This document shows positions 23,618 to 34,731 of a DNA stretch of 64,000 nt, one piece after another. Position 1 is the stretch's first letter. Every line of letters begins with the position of its first letter. The stretch is from Eubacteriales bacterium (GTDB lineage: Bacteria > Bacillota > Clostridia > Oscillospirales > QAKW01), in the NCBI GenBank assembly GCA_045541535.1, contig JAZQJG010000034.1:86143-150142 (forward strand), in the 5' to 3' direction. Under the pieces are notes generated by a model, which was given only the letters and a program-made list of their open reading frames with translations, was not told where the DNA came from and searched no databases. The translations under genes and the position numbers were made by a program.

Positions 23618-24916
23618 TTATTTTGTCAAAAAGGATTGGATGCCTTGTTTTTTCAACGCAAGAGCCGCTGATTCCATAATATAAAAAGAACCGCAAATCA
23701 GCAGACAGTCCTCCCCGATATCATTCAGCGCCGCTTGCACCGCTTGCTCCACCGAATCAAAAGCCATACAATTTTCGCAATAGCTTTTCGCAACGGCAGA
23801 AATCTCACGAGGTGATAAAGCGCGGGGCATATCCGGCGCTACTGCATAAAAAGCATCTGCTCTGGCAGCAAGGGATCGGATAGCAAATTCGTACTCCTTA
23901 TCCTTCATCACTGCAAAAACAATGCGTTTGCGCCGATCTTTCATACGATCCAGCAAGGCCGTCAACGCATCAATGCCTTGCGGATTATGACCGGCATCCA
24001 TAATAATCAATGGGTGCTGACTTACCCGTTCAAAACGGGCGGGCATATGGCATCGTGCAATCCCAAAGGCCACCGCATCATCCGACAAATCACAGCCGGT
24101 CTTGCGCAAGGCCTCTACAGTCTCCAACACGGTGATTGCATTATACACCTGATACTCGCCCATCAATTGCTGTGTATACGCTTTGCCGCAATAGGTAAAT
24201 TCGTTGCCGTCCAAATCCTGCCGCAAAACTTTGACGGCCGCAAGAGCGGGCAACGTCATCTCACAGCCACGCTCACTGCAGATTTCCCGTAACCTTTCAA
24301 GGGCTTCGGGAGGTTGCAAGGGATAAATCACCGCCTTACACCCGGGCTTAATTATACCGGCCTTTTCAAAGGCGATTTGCGAAAGCGTATTGCCGAGAAT
24401 ATCAGTGTGATCCAACGATAGTGCGGTGATCACGGCAACAAGTGGCGCATCAATAACGTTGGTTGCATCGAAACGTCCGCCGAGGCCCACTTCCAGTACG
24501 ACGTAGTCGCACGCACACTCCGCAAAGTAGCAAAACGCAATGGCAGTGACCACCTCAAACTCCGTCACGGCATCCCAGCCGTCCGCTTCCATTTGAGCGC
24601 AAATAGCAGAAATGCGCTCCGTATGTCTACAGAGCGCATTCTCGGAAATCTTTTCACCGTTTACTGCAATGCGCTCTCTGAACTCATAAACGTACGGAGA
24701 GGTATATTTGCCCACCCGATAACCGCCCGCCTGCAAAATTTCTGCCAGCATCGTCACCGTCGAGCCCTTGCCATTGGTGCCTGCAACGTGTACAAACTTG
24801 GTTTGTTTTTGCGGATCGCCCAATCGGCGCATCAACTCCCGCATACGCTCCAGCCCCAACTTGGAGCCGAAGCGCATAATGGAGTGAATATATTGCATTG
24901 CCTGTTCGTAATTCAA
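23618..24916 (-). CDS. folC: Folylpolyglutamate synthase / dihydrofolate synthase
   Basis: Mur-ligase P-loop VAGTNGKGST; 432 aa. It starts 2 nt after the valS stop. Confidence 0.9.
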   Translation of the reverse strand: MNYEQAMQYIHSIMRFGSKLGLERMRELMRRLGDPQKQTKFVHVAGTNGKGSTVTMLAEILQAGGYRVGKYTSPYVYEFRERIAVNGEKISENALCRHTERISAICAQMEADGWDAVTEFEVVTAIAFCYFAECACDYVVLEVGLGGRFDATNVIDAPLVAVITALSLDHTDILGNTLSQIAFEKAGIIKPGCKAVIYPLQPPEALERLREICSERGCEMTLPALAAVKVLRQDLDGNEFTYCGKAYTQQLMGEYQVYNAITVLETVEALRKTGCDLSDDAVAFGIARCHMPARFERVSQHPLIIMDAGHNPQGIDALTALLDRMKDRRKRIVFAVMKDKEYEFAIRSLAARADAFYAVAPDMPRALSPREISAVAKSYCENCMAFDSVEQAVQAALNDIGEDCLLICGSFYIMESAALALKKQGIQSFLTK

Positions 24917-24918
24917 GA

Positions 24919-27552
24919 TTAGTCCTTCTTTTCTAGTCCCGCAATAGTCGCTTCAATGGAAGCAATCAACTGCTCGAACTTTACTTTTTTCTCTTTCTCC
25001 TGTTCCACCAACTGCGCAGGTGCCTTGGCCATAAAGCCGGCATTACCGAGCTTACCGTTAACACGACCAAGTTCTGCCTTTGCATTTTCAAGTTCCTTAT
25101 TCAACCGTTTGATCTCGGCGGCGATATCCACCAATTGATCAAAAGGAATATAAACCTTACCCAAGGTGCAAACAATGTTTACCGCATTGTCGGCAGGGCA
25201 CTTCTCAACGCTGACTTCACTGGCGCCGGCCAACTTGCCAAAGAAGGGAGCGGCATCCAAAACCACCTCGGGATACTCGGTTTCAAAATACAAAGCCGCC
25301 TTTTTGGACATAGGAACGTTCATTTCACTACGACGGAACCGAATGGCCTTAATGGCATCCATCACCCGCTCCATATCCTCGGCATCCTTCGAAAAGACAA
25401 GATTTTCATCATATTTGGGGAAAGCGGCAATCATAATGGACTCGTCTTCCATAGGCATAGATTGCCAGATCGCTTCGGTCAGGAACGGCATAAAGGGATG
25501 CAGCATCTTCAGTGCGCCGGTAAATACATACAGAAGCACTCTTTGGGTTTGCTCATTCTCTTCGGTGTTATCCTTATCGTTCAGTCTGGGCTTTACAAGC
25601 TCAATATACCAATCACAGAACAGATCCCAAATGAAATCATAAACCTTCTGCAGAGCCAGACCGATTTCAAATTTATCCAGATTATCGGTAACGTCCTTAA
25701 CAACGGCATTATAGCGATCCAAAATCCATTTATCCTCTGCACGAAGTTTGGCAAAGTCGGGATGCGCATCCTCCACCGTCAGATTCATCAGAATAAATCT
25801 GGCAGCATTCCAAACCTTGTTGGCAAAGTTGCGGGAGGATTCAACGCGCTCGTCATAATAACGCATATCGTTACCGGGCGAGTTGCCGGTGGCAAGACTG
25901 AAGCGCAAAGCATCGGCACCGTATTTTTCAATAACTTCCAGCGGATCAATGCCGTTGCCCAGGGATTTGGACATTTTTCTACCCTGAGAATCACGGACCA
26001 GGCCGTGAATGAGAACGTGAGAGAAGGGTTTTTCCTTCATATGTTCCATACCGGAAAAGATCATTCTGGCAACCCAGAAGAAGATAATATCATAGCCGGT
26101 AACCAGGACGCTGGTGGGATAAAAATACTTCAGATCCTCAGTATTATCGGGCCAACCCAACGTGGAGAAGGGCCAGAGTGCGGAAGAAAACCAGGTATCC
26201 AGCACGTCGCTGTCCTGATGAATATGGGTGCTACCGCACTTGGGGCATACACTCACCTCTTCAGCGGCGACCACCATTTCACCGCAATCCTCACAGTAGT
26301 ATGCAGGAATACGGTGACCCCACCACAACTGACGGGAAATGCACCAATCACGCACGTTTTCCATCCAGTTAAGATAGGTCTTGGTAAAGCGGCCGGGAAC
26401 AAACTTGATTTCTTCGTCCTTTACCACACGGATCGCCTCTTTAGCCAACGGCTCCATTTTTACAAACCATTGTTTGGAAGAAATAGGCTCAACCGTAGTG
26501 CCGCAACGATAGCAGGTACCAACGTTGTGCATATGGGGCTTGATCTTTACAAGATATCCGCCCTCTTCCAAATCGGCGACAATCGCCTTTCTGGCCTCAT
26601 AGCGGTCCATGCCCTGATACTTGCCACCGTTCTCATTTACGCAAGCCTTGTCATCCAGCACCAAAATTTCTTCCAAGCCGTGGCGCTTGCCAACCTCAAA
26701 GTCGTTGGGGTCATGGCTGGGAGTAATCTTTACGCAACCGGTACCAAAGTCCTTTTCAACGTATTCATCGGCAACCACGGGAATCTCTCTACCAACCAAA
26801 GGCAGGATCAACATTTTACCAACCAAATGAGTATATCTTTCATCATCGGGATGCACGGCAACAGCGGTATCGCCCAGCATGGTTTCGGGGCGGGTAGTAG
26901 CGATCTCTACAAACTCATCACTATCCTTAACGGGATAACGAATGTGCCAGAAATTACCCTGCTGCTCGTCATACTCAACCTCTGCATCGGACAGAGCGGT
27001 AATACAATTGGGACACCAGTTGATAATACGGTTGCCTTTATAAATCAGACCCTTGTTGTACAGGTTGATAAATACCTCTTTAACCGCCTTGGAACAGCCA
27101 TCGTCCATAGTAAAGCGTTCTCTGTCCCAATCACAGCTGGAGCCCAATTTTTTGAGCTGATTGATAATACGGTTTCCGTATTGCTCTTTCCAAGCCCAAA
27201 CGCGCTTTAAAAACTCTTCTCTGCCCAGATCGTGACGGGTCAGACCCTCCGATTTACGCAGTTCTTCCTCAACTTTAATCTGGGTCGCAATGCCGGCGTG
27301 GTCGGTACCGGGAACCCACAGCGCATTAAAGCCCTGCATTCTCTTATAACGGATCAGAATATCCTGCAAGGTCTCGTCCAAAGCGTGACCCATATGCAGC
27401 TGACCGGTAACGTTAGGCGGCGGGATCACGACGGTAAAGGGAACCTTGTCGGAATCGGGCTCTGCATGAAAATATTTACCCTTCAACCAAAAATCGTATA
27501 TGTCCTGTTCTACTTCTTGCGGGGCATACTGTTTGGCAAGTTCTTTAGCCAT
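24919..27552 (-). CDS. valS: Valyl-tRNA synthetase
   Basis: HIGH motif ([13 protein letters not shown]), KMSKS motif (KMSKSLGN) and a C-terminal coiled coil; 877 aa. A Val T-box lies upstream. Confidence 0.97.
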   Translation of the reverse strand: MAKELAKQYAPQEVEQDIYDFWLKGKYFHAEPDSDKVPFTVVIPPPNVTGQLHMGHALDETLQDILIRYKRMQGFNALWVPGTDHAGIATQIKVEEELRKSEGLTRHDLGREEFLKRVWAWKEQYGNRIINQLKKLGSSCDWDRERFTMDDGCSKAVKEVFINLYNKGLIYKGNRIINWCPNCITALSDAEVEYDEQQGNFWHIRYPVKDSDEFVEIATTRPETMLGDTAVAVHPDDERYTHLVGKMLILPLVGREIPVVADEYVEKDFGTGCVKITPSHDPNDFEVGKRHGLEEILVLDDKACVNENGGKYQGMDRYEARKAIVADLEEGGYLVKIKPHMHNVGTCYRCGTTVEPISSKQWFVKMEPLAKEAIRVVKDEEIKFVPGRFTKTYLNWMENVRDWCISRQLWWGHRIPAYYCEDCGEMVVAAEEVSVCPKCGSTHIHQDSDVLDTWFSSALWPFSTLGWPDNTEDLKYFYPTSVLVTGYDIIFFWVARMIFSGMEHMKEKPFSHVLIHGLVRDSQGRKMSKSLGNGIDPLEVIEKYGADALRFSLATGNSPGNDMRYYDERVESSRNFANKVWNAARFILMNLTVEDAHPDFAKLRAEDKWILDRYNAVVKDVTDNLDKFEIGLALQKVYDFIWDLFCDWYIELVKPRLNDKDNTEENEQTQRVLLYVFTGALKMLHPFMPFLTEAIWQSMPMEDESIMIAAFPKYDENLVFSKDAEDMERVMDAIKAIRFRRSEMNVPMSKKAALYFETEYPEVVLDAAPFFGKLAGASEVSVEKCPADNAVNIVCTLGKVYIPFDQLVDIAAEIKRLNKELENAKAELGRVNGKLGNAGFMAKAPAQLVEQEKEKKVKFEQLIASIEATIAGLEKKD

Positions 27553-27597
27553 TTTTGCATATCTCCTTTTAAATCATTTACATTTTTGTCGGGACAA

Positions 27598-27875
27598 ATA
27601 AAATGCACTCATCCCAAAGATAACTTTGAGACGAGTGCCGAAATATCGTTTCACCCGCGGTACCACTCAAATTGCAGTATTAAACCGCCACTCAGGATCC
27701 AACAATCCTTTAGCATTTACGCAGCCATCACGAGAAGATTCTACTCACGCCAAGAGCGCTTTCTTTCTTCCGGCTCGGAAGCTACAAATACAAAAGTCTT
27801 TTAATGGCTTGCACCTGCCGCCATCTCTCTGAAAAAAGAGTTCTTGTACCCTCTTCGTCATAGCCTTTATAATTT
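27598..27875 (-). promoter_or_regulatory. T-box leader, specifier GUA (Val), with terminator
   Basis: On the minus strand the leader reads GGCTATGACGAAGAGGGTA...CAGAGAGATGGCGGCAGGTGCAAGCC...TTT-GTA-G-CTTCCGAGCC. The T-box core is AATTTGAGTGGTACCGCGGGTG. The terminator is GCACTCGTC...GATGAGTGC followed by ATTTTATTT. The GTA specifier is at 27783-27785. Confidence 0.85.
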
Positions 27876-27882
27876 AATTATT

Positions 27883-27911
27883 ATATTAACACACCAAAAA
27901 ATAAAAGTCAA
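27883..27911 (-). promoter_or_regulatory. Sigma-A-type promoter for the valS leader
   Basis: TTGACT-17 nt-TAATAT on the minus strand. Confidence 0.55.
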
Positions 27912-27939
27912 TACGTCAATTCTTCTGTAGACCATAACC

Positions 27940-28425
27940 TCAGCGGATAATCTTATATGCTTCAATCAAATCATCCAACGACATACGGGCATTCGCCGGT
28001 GACGGACTGGGAAGCAAAACCGCTTCCTTTTTAATTGAGGGTTTGATCAGTTTATTATAAAGATTAAAGGCCGTCGTGCCTGTGGTGTAAATTTTGTGAA
28101 TATAGGTGTAGCGGATAATAGATGCAATGTCGTTGGGAACAGGATTACGAATGGACGCATCCGACGCTCCAACGATATCACAGCTTTCCAGCACGTCCCA
28201 CAAAGCAATTTTATGTTCTTTCAGTAGCAAAATACATTCCCGTTCATTTTGCGGCACGGGCTCATCAAACACACCGGCAAGCGTCTTCCAAAATCGGTTT
28301 TGCGGATGGGCATAGTAAAACATTTTTTCTCTGGATTTGGGAGAAGGCATTGTGCCGAGAATCAATATTTCGCTATCAGAAAAAAATATAGGGTCCAACG
28401 TATGTTGCACGTGTTGTTCATCCAT
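27940..28425 (-). CDS. DNA-deoxyinosine (hypoxanthine) glycosylase, UDG family 6-like
   Basis: LILGTMPSPKSREKMFYYAHPQNRFW matches the G(S/T)xPSxxS...FYYxHPxNxFW signature; 161 aa. Confidence 0.8.
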   Translation of the reverse strand: MDEQHVQHTLDPIFFSDSEILILGTMPSPKSREKMFYYAHPQNRFWKTLAGVFDEPVPQNERECILLLKEHKIALWDVLESCDIVGASDASIRNPVPNDIASIIRYTYIHKIYTTGTTAFNLYNKLIKPSIKKEAVLLPSPSPANARMSLDDLIEAYKIIR

Positions 28426-29267
28426 TACTTACCCTCCTCATACTCATCCAAAAATGAGTATTCCTTCCCTTTTCGCTTCCAGCCAACAAAGGTATCCAAG
28501 CACACCGAATGAATGGCGGAAAAAATACTGTTTTCAATATTTGGATTGGTTTTGCGCAGGGAGCGGATCAAAGCTTTGATCTCTTTACGCTTTGATGCGC
28601 TTTCATATTCGTCCCCAGCCGTGCGTTCCGTCAGCTTACAGGCACAGCGAATAAACTTCAAACCATTATATCGTTGCCAGGCGATAATATCCTCCTCCCT
28701 GCAGCAATACAAAGGACGAATCAGTTCCATACCTTCAAAATTCTTAGAGCGAAGTTTGGGGGGCATCGCTTGCAGCTGAGATCCGTAAAAGAGAGCCATA
28801 ACGGTAGTTTCAATCACGTCATCACGATGATGGCCCAACGCTATTTTATTACAGCCCAGCTCCTTGGCTTTAGCATACAGATGGCCCCTGCGCATACGAG
28901 CGCATAGATAACAGGGATTTTGTTCCGTCTTGTCGGCAACAGTGAAAACGTCCGTTTCAAACACAGTGATAGGAATTCCCAACAAAGCGGCGTTTTCTTC
29001 AATCTGTCTTCTATTGACGACGTTATATCCCGGATCCATTACCAAAAACACAAGTTCAAAGGGGAATTCAGAGTGCTTTTGCAGTTCCTGCATCAATTTA
29101 GCAAGCACCACGGAATCTTTACCGCCGGAAATACAAACTGCAACCTTGTCACCGGGCGACAATAGCTCATACCGTTTTACGGCGGCCACAAAAGGATTCC
29201 ATAGCTTTTTTCTATACTTTTTAATTAGACTGCGTTCCGCAATTTGTCTAGGCTCCAGTTCTCTCAC
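28425..29267 (-). CDS. PP-loop ATP pyrophosphatase, TtcA-like tRNA thiolation protein
   Basis: PP-loop CISGGKDS plus Cys motifs (CYLCARMRRG, CAC). The start is the GTG at 29267, 6 nt after AGGAGG, consistent with the upstream promoter. Confidence 0.8.
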   Translation of the reverse strand: MRELEPRQIAERSLIKKYRKKLWNPFVAAVKRYELLSPGDKVAVCISGGKDSVVLAKLMQELQKHSEFPFELVFLVMDPGYNVVNRRQIEENAALLGIPITVFETDVFTVADKTEQNPCYLCARMRRGHLYAKAKELGCNKIALGHHRDDVIETTVMALFYGSQLQAMPPKLRSKNFEGMELIRPLYCCREEDIIAWQRYNGLKFIRCACKLTERTAGDEYESASKRKEIKALIRSLRKTNPNIENSIFSAIHSVCLDTFVGWKRKGKEYSFLDEYEEGK

Positions 29268-29298
29268 CGTTTCCCCTCCTTCTTTGCAGGATGCTTTT

Positions 29299-29327
29299 AT
29301 TATATATCCAAATCGGTTTTTATGCAA
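29299..29327 (-). promoter_or_regulatory. Sigma-A-type promoter for the TtcA-like gene
   Basis: TTGCAT-17 nt-TATAAT on the minus strand, directly after the mscL terminator. Confidence 0.55.
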
Positions 29328-29331
29328 CATT

Positions 29332-29359
29332 AAAAAGCCTCCCTATGGGAGGCTTTTTT
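29332..29359 (-). terminator. Intrinsic terminator after mscL
   Basis: AAAAAGCCTCCC-TAT-GGGAGGCTTTTTT. Confidence 0.8.
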
Positions 29360-29833
29360 CTATTCAGCCGTTTCCTTAGAATCCTTTTTCAGCAGATCTC
29401 GGATTTCCTGCAACAGAGAAAGTTCGGTTTCAGCCGCAACTGCTTCTTCCTCTTCCTTCACTTCCTCTTCTTTTTTGCGCAAAGAATCAAGTTTTTTCTG
29501 AGCATTCATCATCAAACGCAAAATGCAAAAGATAGAAAAAGCAATGATCAGAAAATCAATGATGGATTGCAAAAAGTTACCGTACATCAAGGCAACCTCG
29601 GGGGTCAGCACCGTACCTGCCGCATCCTTAACCTCAGGAGTAAATACGTATTTAAGATTGTTGAGCGACACGTTACCGGTCAGCACTGCGATCAAAGGGG
29701 TGATAATATCGTTTACAAGAGAGGTAACGATCTTACCGAAAGCACCACCGATAACAACGCCGACGGCCATATCCAAAATGTTGCCTTTCATCGCAAAGGC
29801 CTTAAAATCTGCAAAAAACTGTTTCATAATCAT
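29360..29833 (-). CDS. mscL: Large-conductance mechanosensitive channel
   Basis: FKAFAMKGNILDMAVGVVIGGAFGKIVTSLVNDIITPLI is the canonical MscL N-terminus/TM1. Confidence 0.95.
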   Translation of the reverse strand: MIMKQFFADFKAFAMKGNILDMAVGVVIGGAFGKIVTSLVNDIITPLIAVLTGNVSLNNLKYVFTPEVKDAAGTVLTPEVALMYGNFLQSIIDFLIIAFSIFCILRLMMNAQKKLDSLRKKEEEVKEEEEAVAAETELSLLQEIRDLLKKDSKETAE

Positions 29834-29839
29834 ATCTCC

Positions 29840-30526
29840 TTATCCAAATTTTTTACTGTCGGCATACTCGTTGATGCCGTCATCTGTTTGTTCACTTCTT
29901 TTTTTGCTGAATAACCAATCATAGATTTCCTTGTCGGCAAAAGCAATATCCCAGCAAGCATGCGGTACGCCTTCCAACAACTTTATGTGTGCCTCACCAC
30001 CATGAGAGGCAAGATTTTCCACAAACTGGATGCTGTCCTTAGGTGAAACTGTACGATCAGCCAAACCATGAACTGTCCAGACCGGAATATGAAGCAAGGT
30101 TTTGTAATTCCACGTCATTCCGCCACCACACACCGGAAACAGGGCGGCCACGTATTCCGCCATCGACATCGCCAGTTGCCAAACTCCATAACCGCCCATA
30201 CTCACTCCAATGAGATACAAACGATCCGGATCGGCATTGGGATGGGAGAGAGCAAATTTCACAAAATCCTGTAGTTGCTCAAATACATCAAACCACGAAT
30301 CGTGCATACACATCGGCGCAAAAATGAGCGCAGGACAATCCGGTTTCCCATACAAGCTTTCCTCTTTAAAAAACGAGTTTCCGGACAACGTTTCCAGATT
30401 GGTGCCCCGCGTTCCCGCCCCATGTAAAAAAAGGATCACCGGCATCTTATCCTCAATTTTTTCAGGAGTTTTGAATAAATAATCAAAATTTTTATACTTT
30501 AAAAACTCAATCATTGCACCATTCAA
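29840..30526 (-). CDS. Alpha/beta hydrolase (carboxylesterase / dienelactone-hydrolase-like)
   Basis: Nucleophile elbow GVSMGG and HG oxyanion context (LFLHGAG); a late His (GVPHACWD). Confidence 0.75.
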   Translation of the reverse strand: MNGAMIEFLKYKNFDYLFKTPEKIEDKMPVILFLHGAGTRGTNLETLSGNSFFKEESLYGKPDCPALIFAPMCMHDSWFDVFEQLQDFVKFALSHPNADPDRLYLIGVSMGGYGVWQLAMSMAEYVAALFPVCGGGMTWNYKTLLHIPVWTVHGLADRTVSPKDSIQFVENLASHGGEAHIKLLEGVPHACWDIAFADKEIYDWLFSKKRSEQTDDGINEYADSKKFG

Positions 30527-32988
30527 CCGATCACGTTGTAACCTGCGGACTCAACCGTGCTTTTCAGCAGGTCATCCGGAACAGCGGAAGACATCGTAAC
30601 CGTCACCGTTCCGTCCTTATGGCTGGCGATGGCAGATGTTACACCGTCCAATGCTTCCAAGGCATTCTTGACGTGGGCTTCACAATGGGGACACATCATA
30701 CCTTCAACTTTTAATACCTTTTCCATTTTCGATTGCTCCTTTCTCTTAAAATTCGACTGCGGCTTGAAAAAATTAAGACGCAGTGCATTGCTGACAACAC
30801 AAAAACTTGACAAACTCATCGCGGCTGCACCGAACATTGGGTTCAGTTGCCAACCCAATAAATGGATAAAGACGCCGGCCGCCAGTGGAATGCCGATTAC
30901 ATTATATACAAATGCCCAGAAAAGATTTTGCTTAATGTTCCGTAAGGTGGCGCGACTCAAACGAATGGCGTTGACCACATCGGTAAGACGGCTGTTCATC
31001 AACACTACGTCTGCCGCATCCATTGCAATGTCTGCACCGGCTCCGATGGCAATGCCGATATCCGCTCGTGTCAAGGCCGGGGCATCATTGATTCCATCGC
31101 CTACCATAGCGGTGGGCTGTTTTTTACAGAGCAAAGCGATCTGTTCTTCTTTGCCTTCCGGCAAAACACCGGCTACAACGTGCTGAATACCGGCCTTGTC
31201 CGCAATGGCACGGGCTGTTTGCTCATTGTCACCTGTCAGCATAATAACACGGATTCCCATTTTTTGCAACCGTTCTACGGCAATTGAACTATCCGATTTT
31301 ATCACGTCAGCTACTGCAATCAGGCCAACAAGTTTGCCATCATAAGCAAAATACAACGGAGTTTTACCGGATTGAGAAAAAACGGTGGCTCGTTGCAAGA
31401 CGTCAGCTTCAATTTTTGCAAAGCGCCCCACGAATTCCGAATTACCCGCCACTAATATTTTCTCATCCAACAGTGCAGACAAGCCATTACCCGGATAAAC
31501 CTCAAAATCTTTCACCTCAACCAACGGAACGTCGTGCTCCTCTGCATACTGTACAACAGCAGTTGCCAGCGGATGCTCACTTTTGTATTCCAAAGCGTAA
31601 GCATATCGGAGCAATTGAGATTCGGTGATCGCAAAGGGAAGCAGATCCGTTACACGGGGTTTACCTTCTGTAATAGTGCCCGTTTTATCCAGCGCAATGG
31701 CACGAATTTTGCCGGTCTGTTCCAAAGAGGTGGCGGTTTTAAACAGGATACCGTGTTTGGCGCCAACACCACTGCCGACCATTATGGCCACCGGGGTAGC
31801 AAGACCCAAAGCGCACGGACAGCTAATCACCAAAACGGAGATACCTCTTGCCAGCGCAAAGCCAACGCTTTCTCCTAATATCAGCCAGATGGCAATGGTA
31901 ACAACTGCAATGCCAATAACTACCGGCACAAAAACGCCCGAGACACGATCGGCAATTTTGGCAATCGGAGCCTTGGAAGCCGACGCATCACTGACCATTT
32001 TGATGATTTTTGACAAGGTGGTATCCTCTCCCACCGCCGTTGCTTCACAGCGGATAAAACCGCTACGATTCACCGTTGCGGCAGAAACCATATCCCCTGT
32101 CGTTTTATCCACAGGTACGCTCTCGCCGGTCAAGGCTGATTCGTCCACTGCACTGTGACCGTCAATGATCACACCATCCACAGGCACCGCTTCACCGGGA
32201 CGAACAACAAACAGGTCTCCACGTCGTACCTGCTCCACCGGCACTACCGATTCCTTACCGTCTTTAACGATCACCGCCGTTTTGGGAGACAGATCCATCA
32301 GCCCTTTCAAAGCGTCTGTGGTCTTACCTTTTGAACGGGATTCCAGCATCTTACCGACGGTGATTAAGGCAAGAATCATTGCCGCCGATTCAAAATAGAA
32401 TTCATGCATATAGTGAGCGGCCGCCATTTGATCTCCGGCATTTACCGCAGCACTCATCGCAAACAGAGCGTAGGTACTGTAGCAAAATGCGGCGCCGGAG
32501 CCGAGCGCCACCAGGCTGTCCATATTCGGAGAACGACGAAACAAAGCGCCAAAACCGCTGACAAAAAAGCGCTGATTGATCACCATTACGGCGATTGTGA
32601 GCAACAATTGGAGCAAGCCCTGTGCCAAAAAATTCTCTTCGAGAACCCTCGGGACCGGCCAATCCCACATCATATGGCCCATAGATAAATACATCAAAAG
32701 GCACAGCAAAATCACCGAAGAAAGCAGCCGATACCGCAACCCTTTGGTTTGCTTTTCAAACGGTTGTGCCTTATCCTCTTCTTTTCCTTTTGCTCCCGAG
32801 ACGGAAGCATCATATCCCGCCGCCCTGACAGCTCCGATAATCGTTTCAGGGTCACTACCCTCCACGTTCATCGTGTTTGTGAGCAAATTTACAGAACAAG
32901 CGGTCACTTCCGGTATGGCAGACACTGCTTTTTCAACTCGCGACGAACACGCCGCACAACTCATTCCGGTTACATTGTATTTCGTCAT
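30523..32988 (-). CDS. copA: Copper-translocating P1B-type ATPase with N- and C-terminal heavy-metal-associated domains
   Basis: N-terminal [17 protein letters not shown]6 CPC ([11 protein letters not shown]), [15 protein letters not shown], and a C-terminal [16 protein letters not shown]. Confidence 0.93.
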   Translation of the reverse strand: MTKYNVTGMSCAACSSRVEKAVSAIPEVTACSVNLLTNTMNVEGSDPETIIGAVRAAGYDASVSGAKGKEEDKAQPFEKQTKGLRYRLLSSVILLCLLMYLSMGHMMWDWPVPRVLEENFLAQGLLQLLLTIAVMVINQRFFVSGFGALFRRSPNMDSLVALGSGAAFCYSTYALFAMSAAVNAGDQMAAAHYMHEFYFESAAMILALITVGKMLESRSKGKTTDALKGLMDLSPKTAVIVKDGKESVVPVEQVRRGDLFVVRPGEAVPVDGVIIDGHSAVDESALTGESVPVDKTTGDMVSAATVNRSGFIRCEATAVGEDTTLSKIIKMVSDASASKAPIAKIADRVSGVFVPVVIGIAVVTIAIWLILGESVGFALARGISVLVISCPCALGLATPVAIMVGSGVGAKHGILFKTATSLEQTGKIRAIALDKTGTITEGKPRVTDLLPFAITESQLLRYAYALEYKSEHPLATAVVQYAEEHDVPLVEVKDFEVYPGNGLSALLDEKILVAGNSEFVGRFAKIEADVLQRATVFSQSGKTPLYFAYDGKLVGLIAVADVIKSDSSIAVERLQKMGIRVIMLTGDNEQTARAIADKAGIQHVVAGVLPEGKEEQIALLCKKQPTAMVGDGINDAPALTRADIGIAIGAGADIAMDAADVVLMNSRLTDVVNAIRLSRATLRNIKQNLFWAFVYNVIGIPLAAGVFIHLLGWQLNPMFGAAAMSLSSFCVVSNALRLNFFKPQSNFKRKEQSKMEKVLKVEGMMCPHCEAHVKNALEALDGVTSAIASHKDGTVTVTMSSAVPDDLLKSTVESAGYNVIG

Positions 32989-33010
32989 TTTTCCTCCATT
33001 TCAAAATGAA

Positions 33011-33325
33011 TCAAAAGAATTTCATCACAAGTTCCGTTATCAACACACCGCCGCTGGCCAACAACGCTACAATGGTGAGACTTTTGTCAAGGTACGCCAC
33101 CAACATAGCTACCGCAAAGCCCACAACGCCGGACAGCAAATGATCCGTTGAAGAAAAAATTGCCGGGATGGTCATTACCGCCAGTACGGCATAAGGCATA
33201 TAGTGCAAAAACGATAGAATAAAGCGGTTTTTGATCTCATTTTTAATCAAAATCAAGGGAAGCATACGAATCAAATAAGTAACCCCTGCCATCACCGCCA
33301 GATAAATCCAAAAACTAATTTGCAT
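33011..33325 (-). CDS. azlD: Branched-chain amino acid transport protein AzlD
   Basis: Small four-TM protein immediately after azlC. The likely start is the ATG at 33325 (MQISFWIYLAVMAG). Confidence 0.8.
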   Translation of the reverse strand: MQISFWIYLAVMAGVTYLIRMLPLILIKNEIKNRFILSFLHYMPYAVLAVMTIPAIFSSTDHLLSGVVGFAVAMLVAYLDKSLTIVALLASGGVLITELVMKFF

Positions 33326-34034
33326 TCTCCGTCGCCTCCTTGGGTAACTCAATGGGTGCGATCAATGCCACCAAAACACTGGCAGCTACCGAACAGATGA
33401 TAATTCTGAATCCCTCGGGAATTTGATCGAGTCCGGGTAAAAAGGCAAATCCGCAACTCAACACAACAGCCGCCAAAACACAGCATAAGGTCGGCTTGCT
33501 CTGCTTGATTTCCGGAACAATAATTGCCACAAACATTGCATAAATAGCAATCCCCAACGCACTCAAAACGATTTCGGGAAACACGTTACCGGCAACTGCG
33601 CCCATAAGTGTTCCAACACTCCACCCAAGATAAGGAGTTAAAATCAATCCATACATATATGAGCGACGCACTCTCCCCTTTTGCGAGGAAGCAACGGCAA
33701 AAACTTCATCGGTATTTACAAAGGCCACCAACAGTTTATCAATCAACGTAAACCGATTATCCAGTTTCTGAGAAAGCGAAACTGACATCAGGGCATATCG
33801 CAGATTAATTACAAACTGAGCGCCGGCCAATTCCAATAGCGATCCACCTGCCGCAATGATCGGAACCGCCGCAAGCTGCCCTGCCGAGGTGACGTTGGTC
33901 ATGGAGATCATCACTGCTTCCAACACAGAAAAACCGTTCTCCAGTGCAAATATACCAAAGGCAAACGATACTGAAAAATAGCCAAAACAAATCGGCAGAC
34001 CGTCTGCTATACCTTTTCTAAATCCTTTGCGCAT
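33315..34034 (-). CDS. azlC: Branched-chain amino acid transporter AzlC
   Basis: AzlC-type polytopic protein (GIADGLPICFGYFSVSFAFG...) paired with azlD. Confidence 0.85.
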   Translation of the reverse strand: MRKGFRKGIADGLPICFGYFSVSFAFGIFALENGFSVLEAVMISMTNVTSAGQLAAVPIIAAGGSLLELAGAQFVINLRYALMSVSLSQKLDNRFTLIDKLLVAFVNTDEVFAVASSQKGRVRRSYMYGLILTPYLGWSVGTLMGAVAGNVFPEIVLSALGIAIYAMFVAIIVPEIKQSKPTLCCVLAAVVLSCGFAFLPGLDQIPEGFRIIICSVAASVLVALIAPIELPKEATENAN

Positions 34035-34103
34035 AAGAAAATTACTCCTTTACATCCAATTATTATAACACATGAAAAAAGAAAAGGAATACTTTTTTAA
34101 AAT

Positions 34104-34129
34104 AAAAAGGTGCCGATCGGCACCTTTTT
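34104..34129 (-). terminator. Intrinsic terminator after ppa
   Basis: AAAAAGGTGCCG-AT-CGGCACCTTTTT. Confidence 0.8.
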
Positions 34130-34130
34130 G

Positions 34131-34664
34131 TTATTTACAAAAGCTTTCAACATAATGATCAATGGCCCATTCAATGACCTTGATCGCTTCGTCTTTGGAG
34201 CTGACCTCGTCAACCGCCGTGGTTTTGTTCTCAAGATTTTTGTATACCGTGAAAAAGTGGCGCATTTCATCAAAAATATGTTTGGGCAACTGATCAATAT
34301 CGGTATAGTGATTGTACGTAGGATCCTCATACGGAATAGCGATGATTTTCTCATCGTTTCTGCCGTTGTCAATCATAGAAATCATTCCGATGGGATAAGC
34401 GCGCACCAAAGTTAACGGTTCCAAAGGTTCGGAGCACAACAACAAAACGTCCAGCGGGTCACCATCATCACCATAGGTGCGAGGAATAAAGCCATAGTTG
34501 GCGGGATAATGGGTGGAGGTATGCAAGATGCGGTCCAGCATAAGAAAACCGGTTTCCTTATCAAGCTCGTATTTATTTTTACTGCCCTTTGCGATTTCAA
34601 CAACACACATAAAATCATTGGGGGTAATCCGCTTGGGCGAAATATCGTGCCAAATATTAGACAT
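34131..34664 (-). CDS. ppa: Inorganic pyrophosphatase, family I
   Basis: Motifs VVEIAKGSKNKYELDKETG and DGDPLDVLLL. The start is the ATG at 34664 (MSNIWHD) after GAGGAG. Confidence 0.92.
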   Translation of the reverse strand: MSNIWHDISPKRITPNDFMCVVEIAKGSKNKYELDKETGFLMLDRILHTSTHYPANYGFIPRTYGDDGDPLDVLLLCSEPLEPLTLVRAYPIGMISMIDNGRNDEKIIAIPYEDPTYNHYTDIDQLPKHIFDEMRHFFTVYKNLENKTTAVDEVSSKDEAIKVIEWAIDHYVESFCK

Positions 34665-34731
34665 TGGAAATTCTCCTCTCAAAATAGTATTTGTATTTTA
34701 ACACACTTTTGCCCGAGTTGCAACCCAAACC

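Noticed and set aside
25135-27210. 691-aa plus-strand ORF, with other long plus-strand ORFs at 2214-3095, 17261-18445, 20434-21270, 31625-32158, 58487-59239, 59732-60490 and 63108-63860.
   Set aside because: All lie antisense within strongly supported minus-strand genes (valS, dgt-like, thrS, pcrA, copA, amidohydrolase, ligase fusion, ilvE). Their translations are low-complexity with no recognisable motifs or RBS, so they are shadow ORFs.
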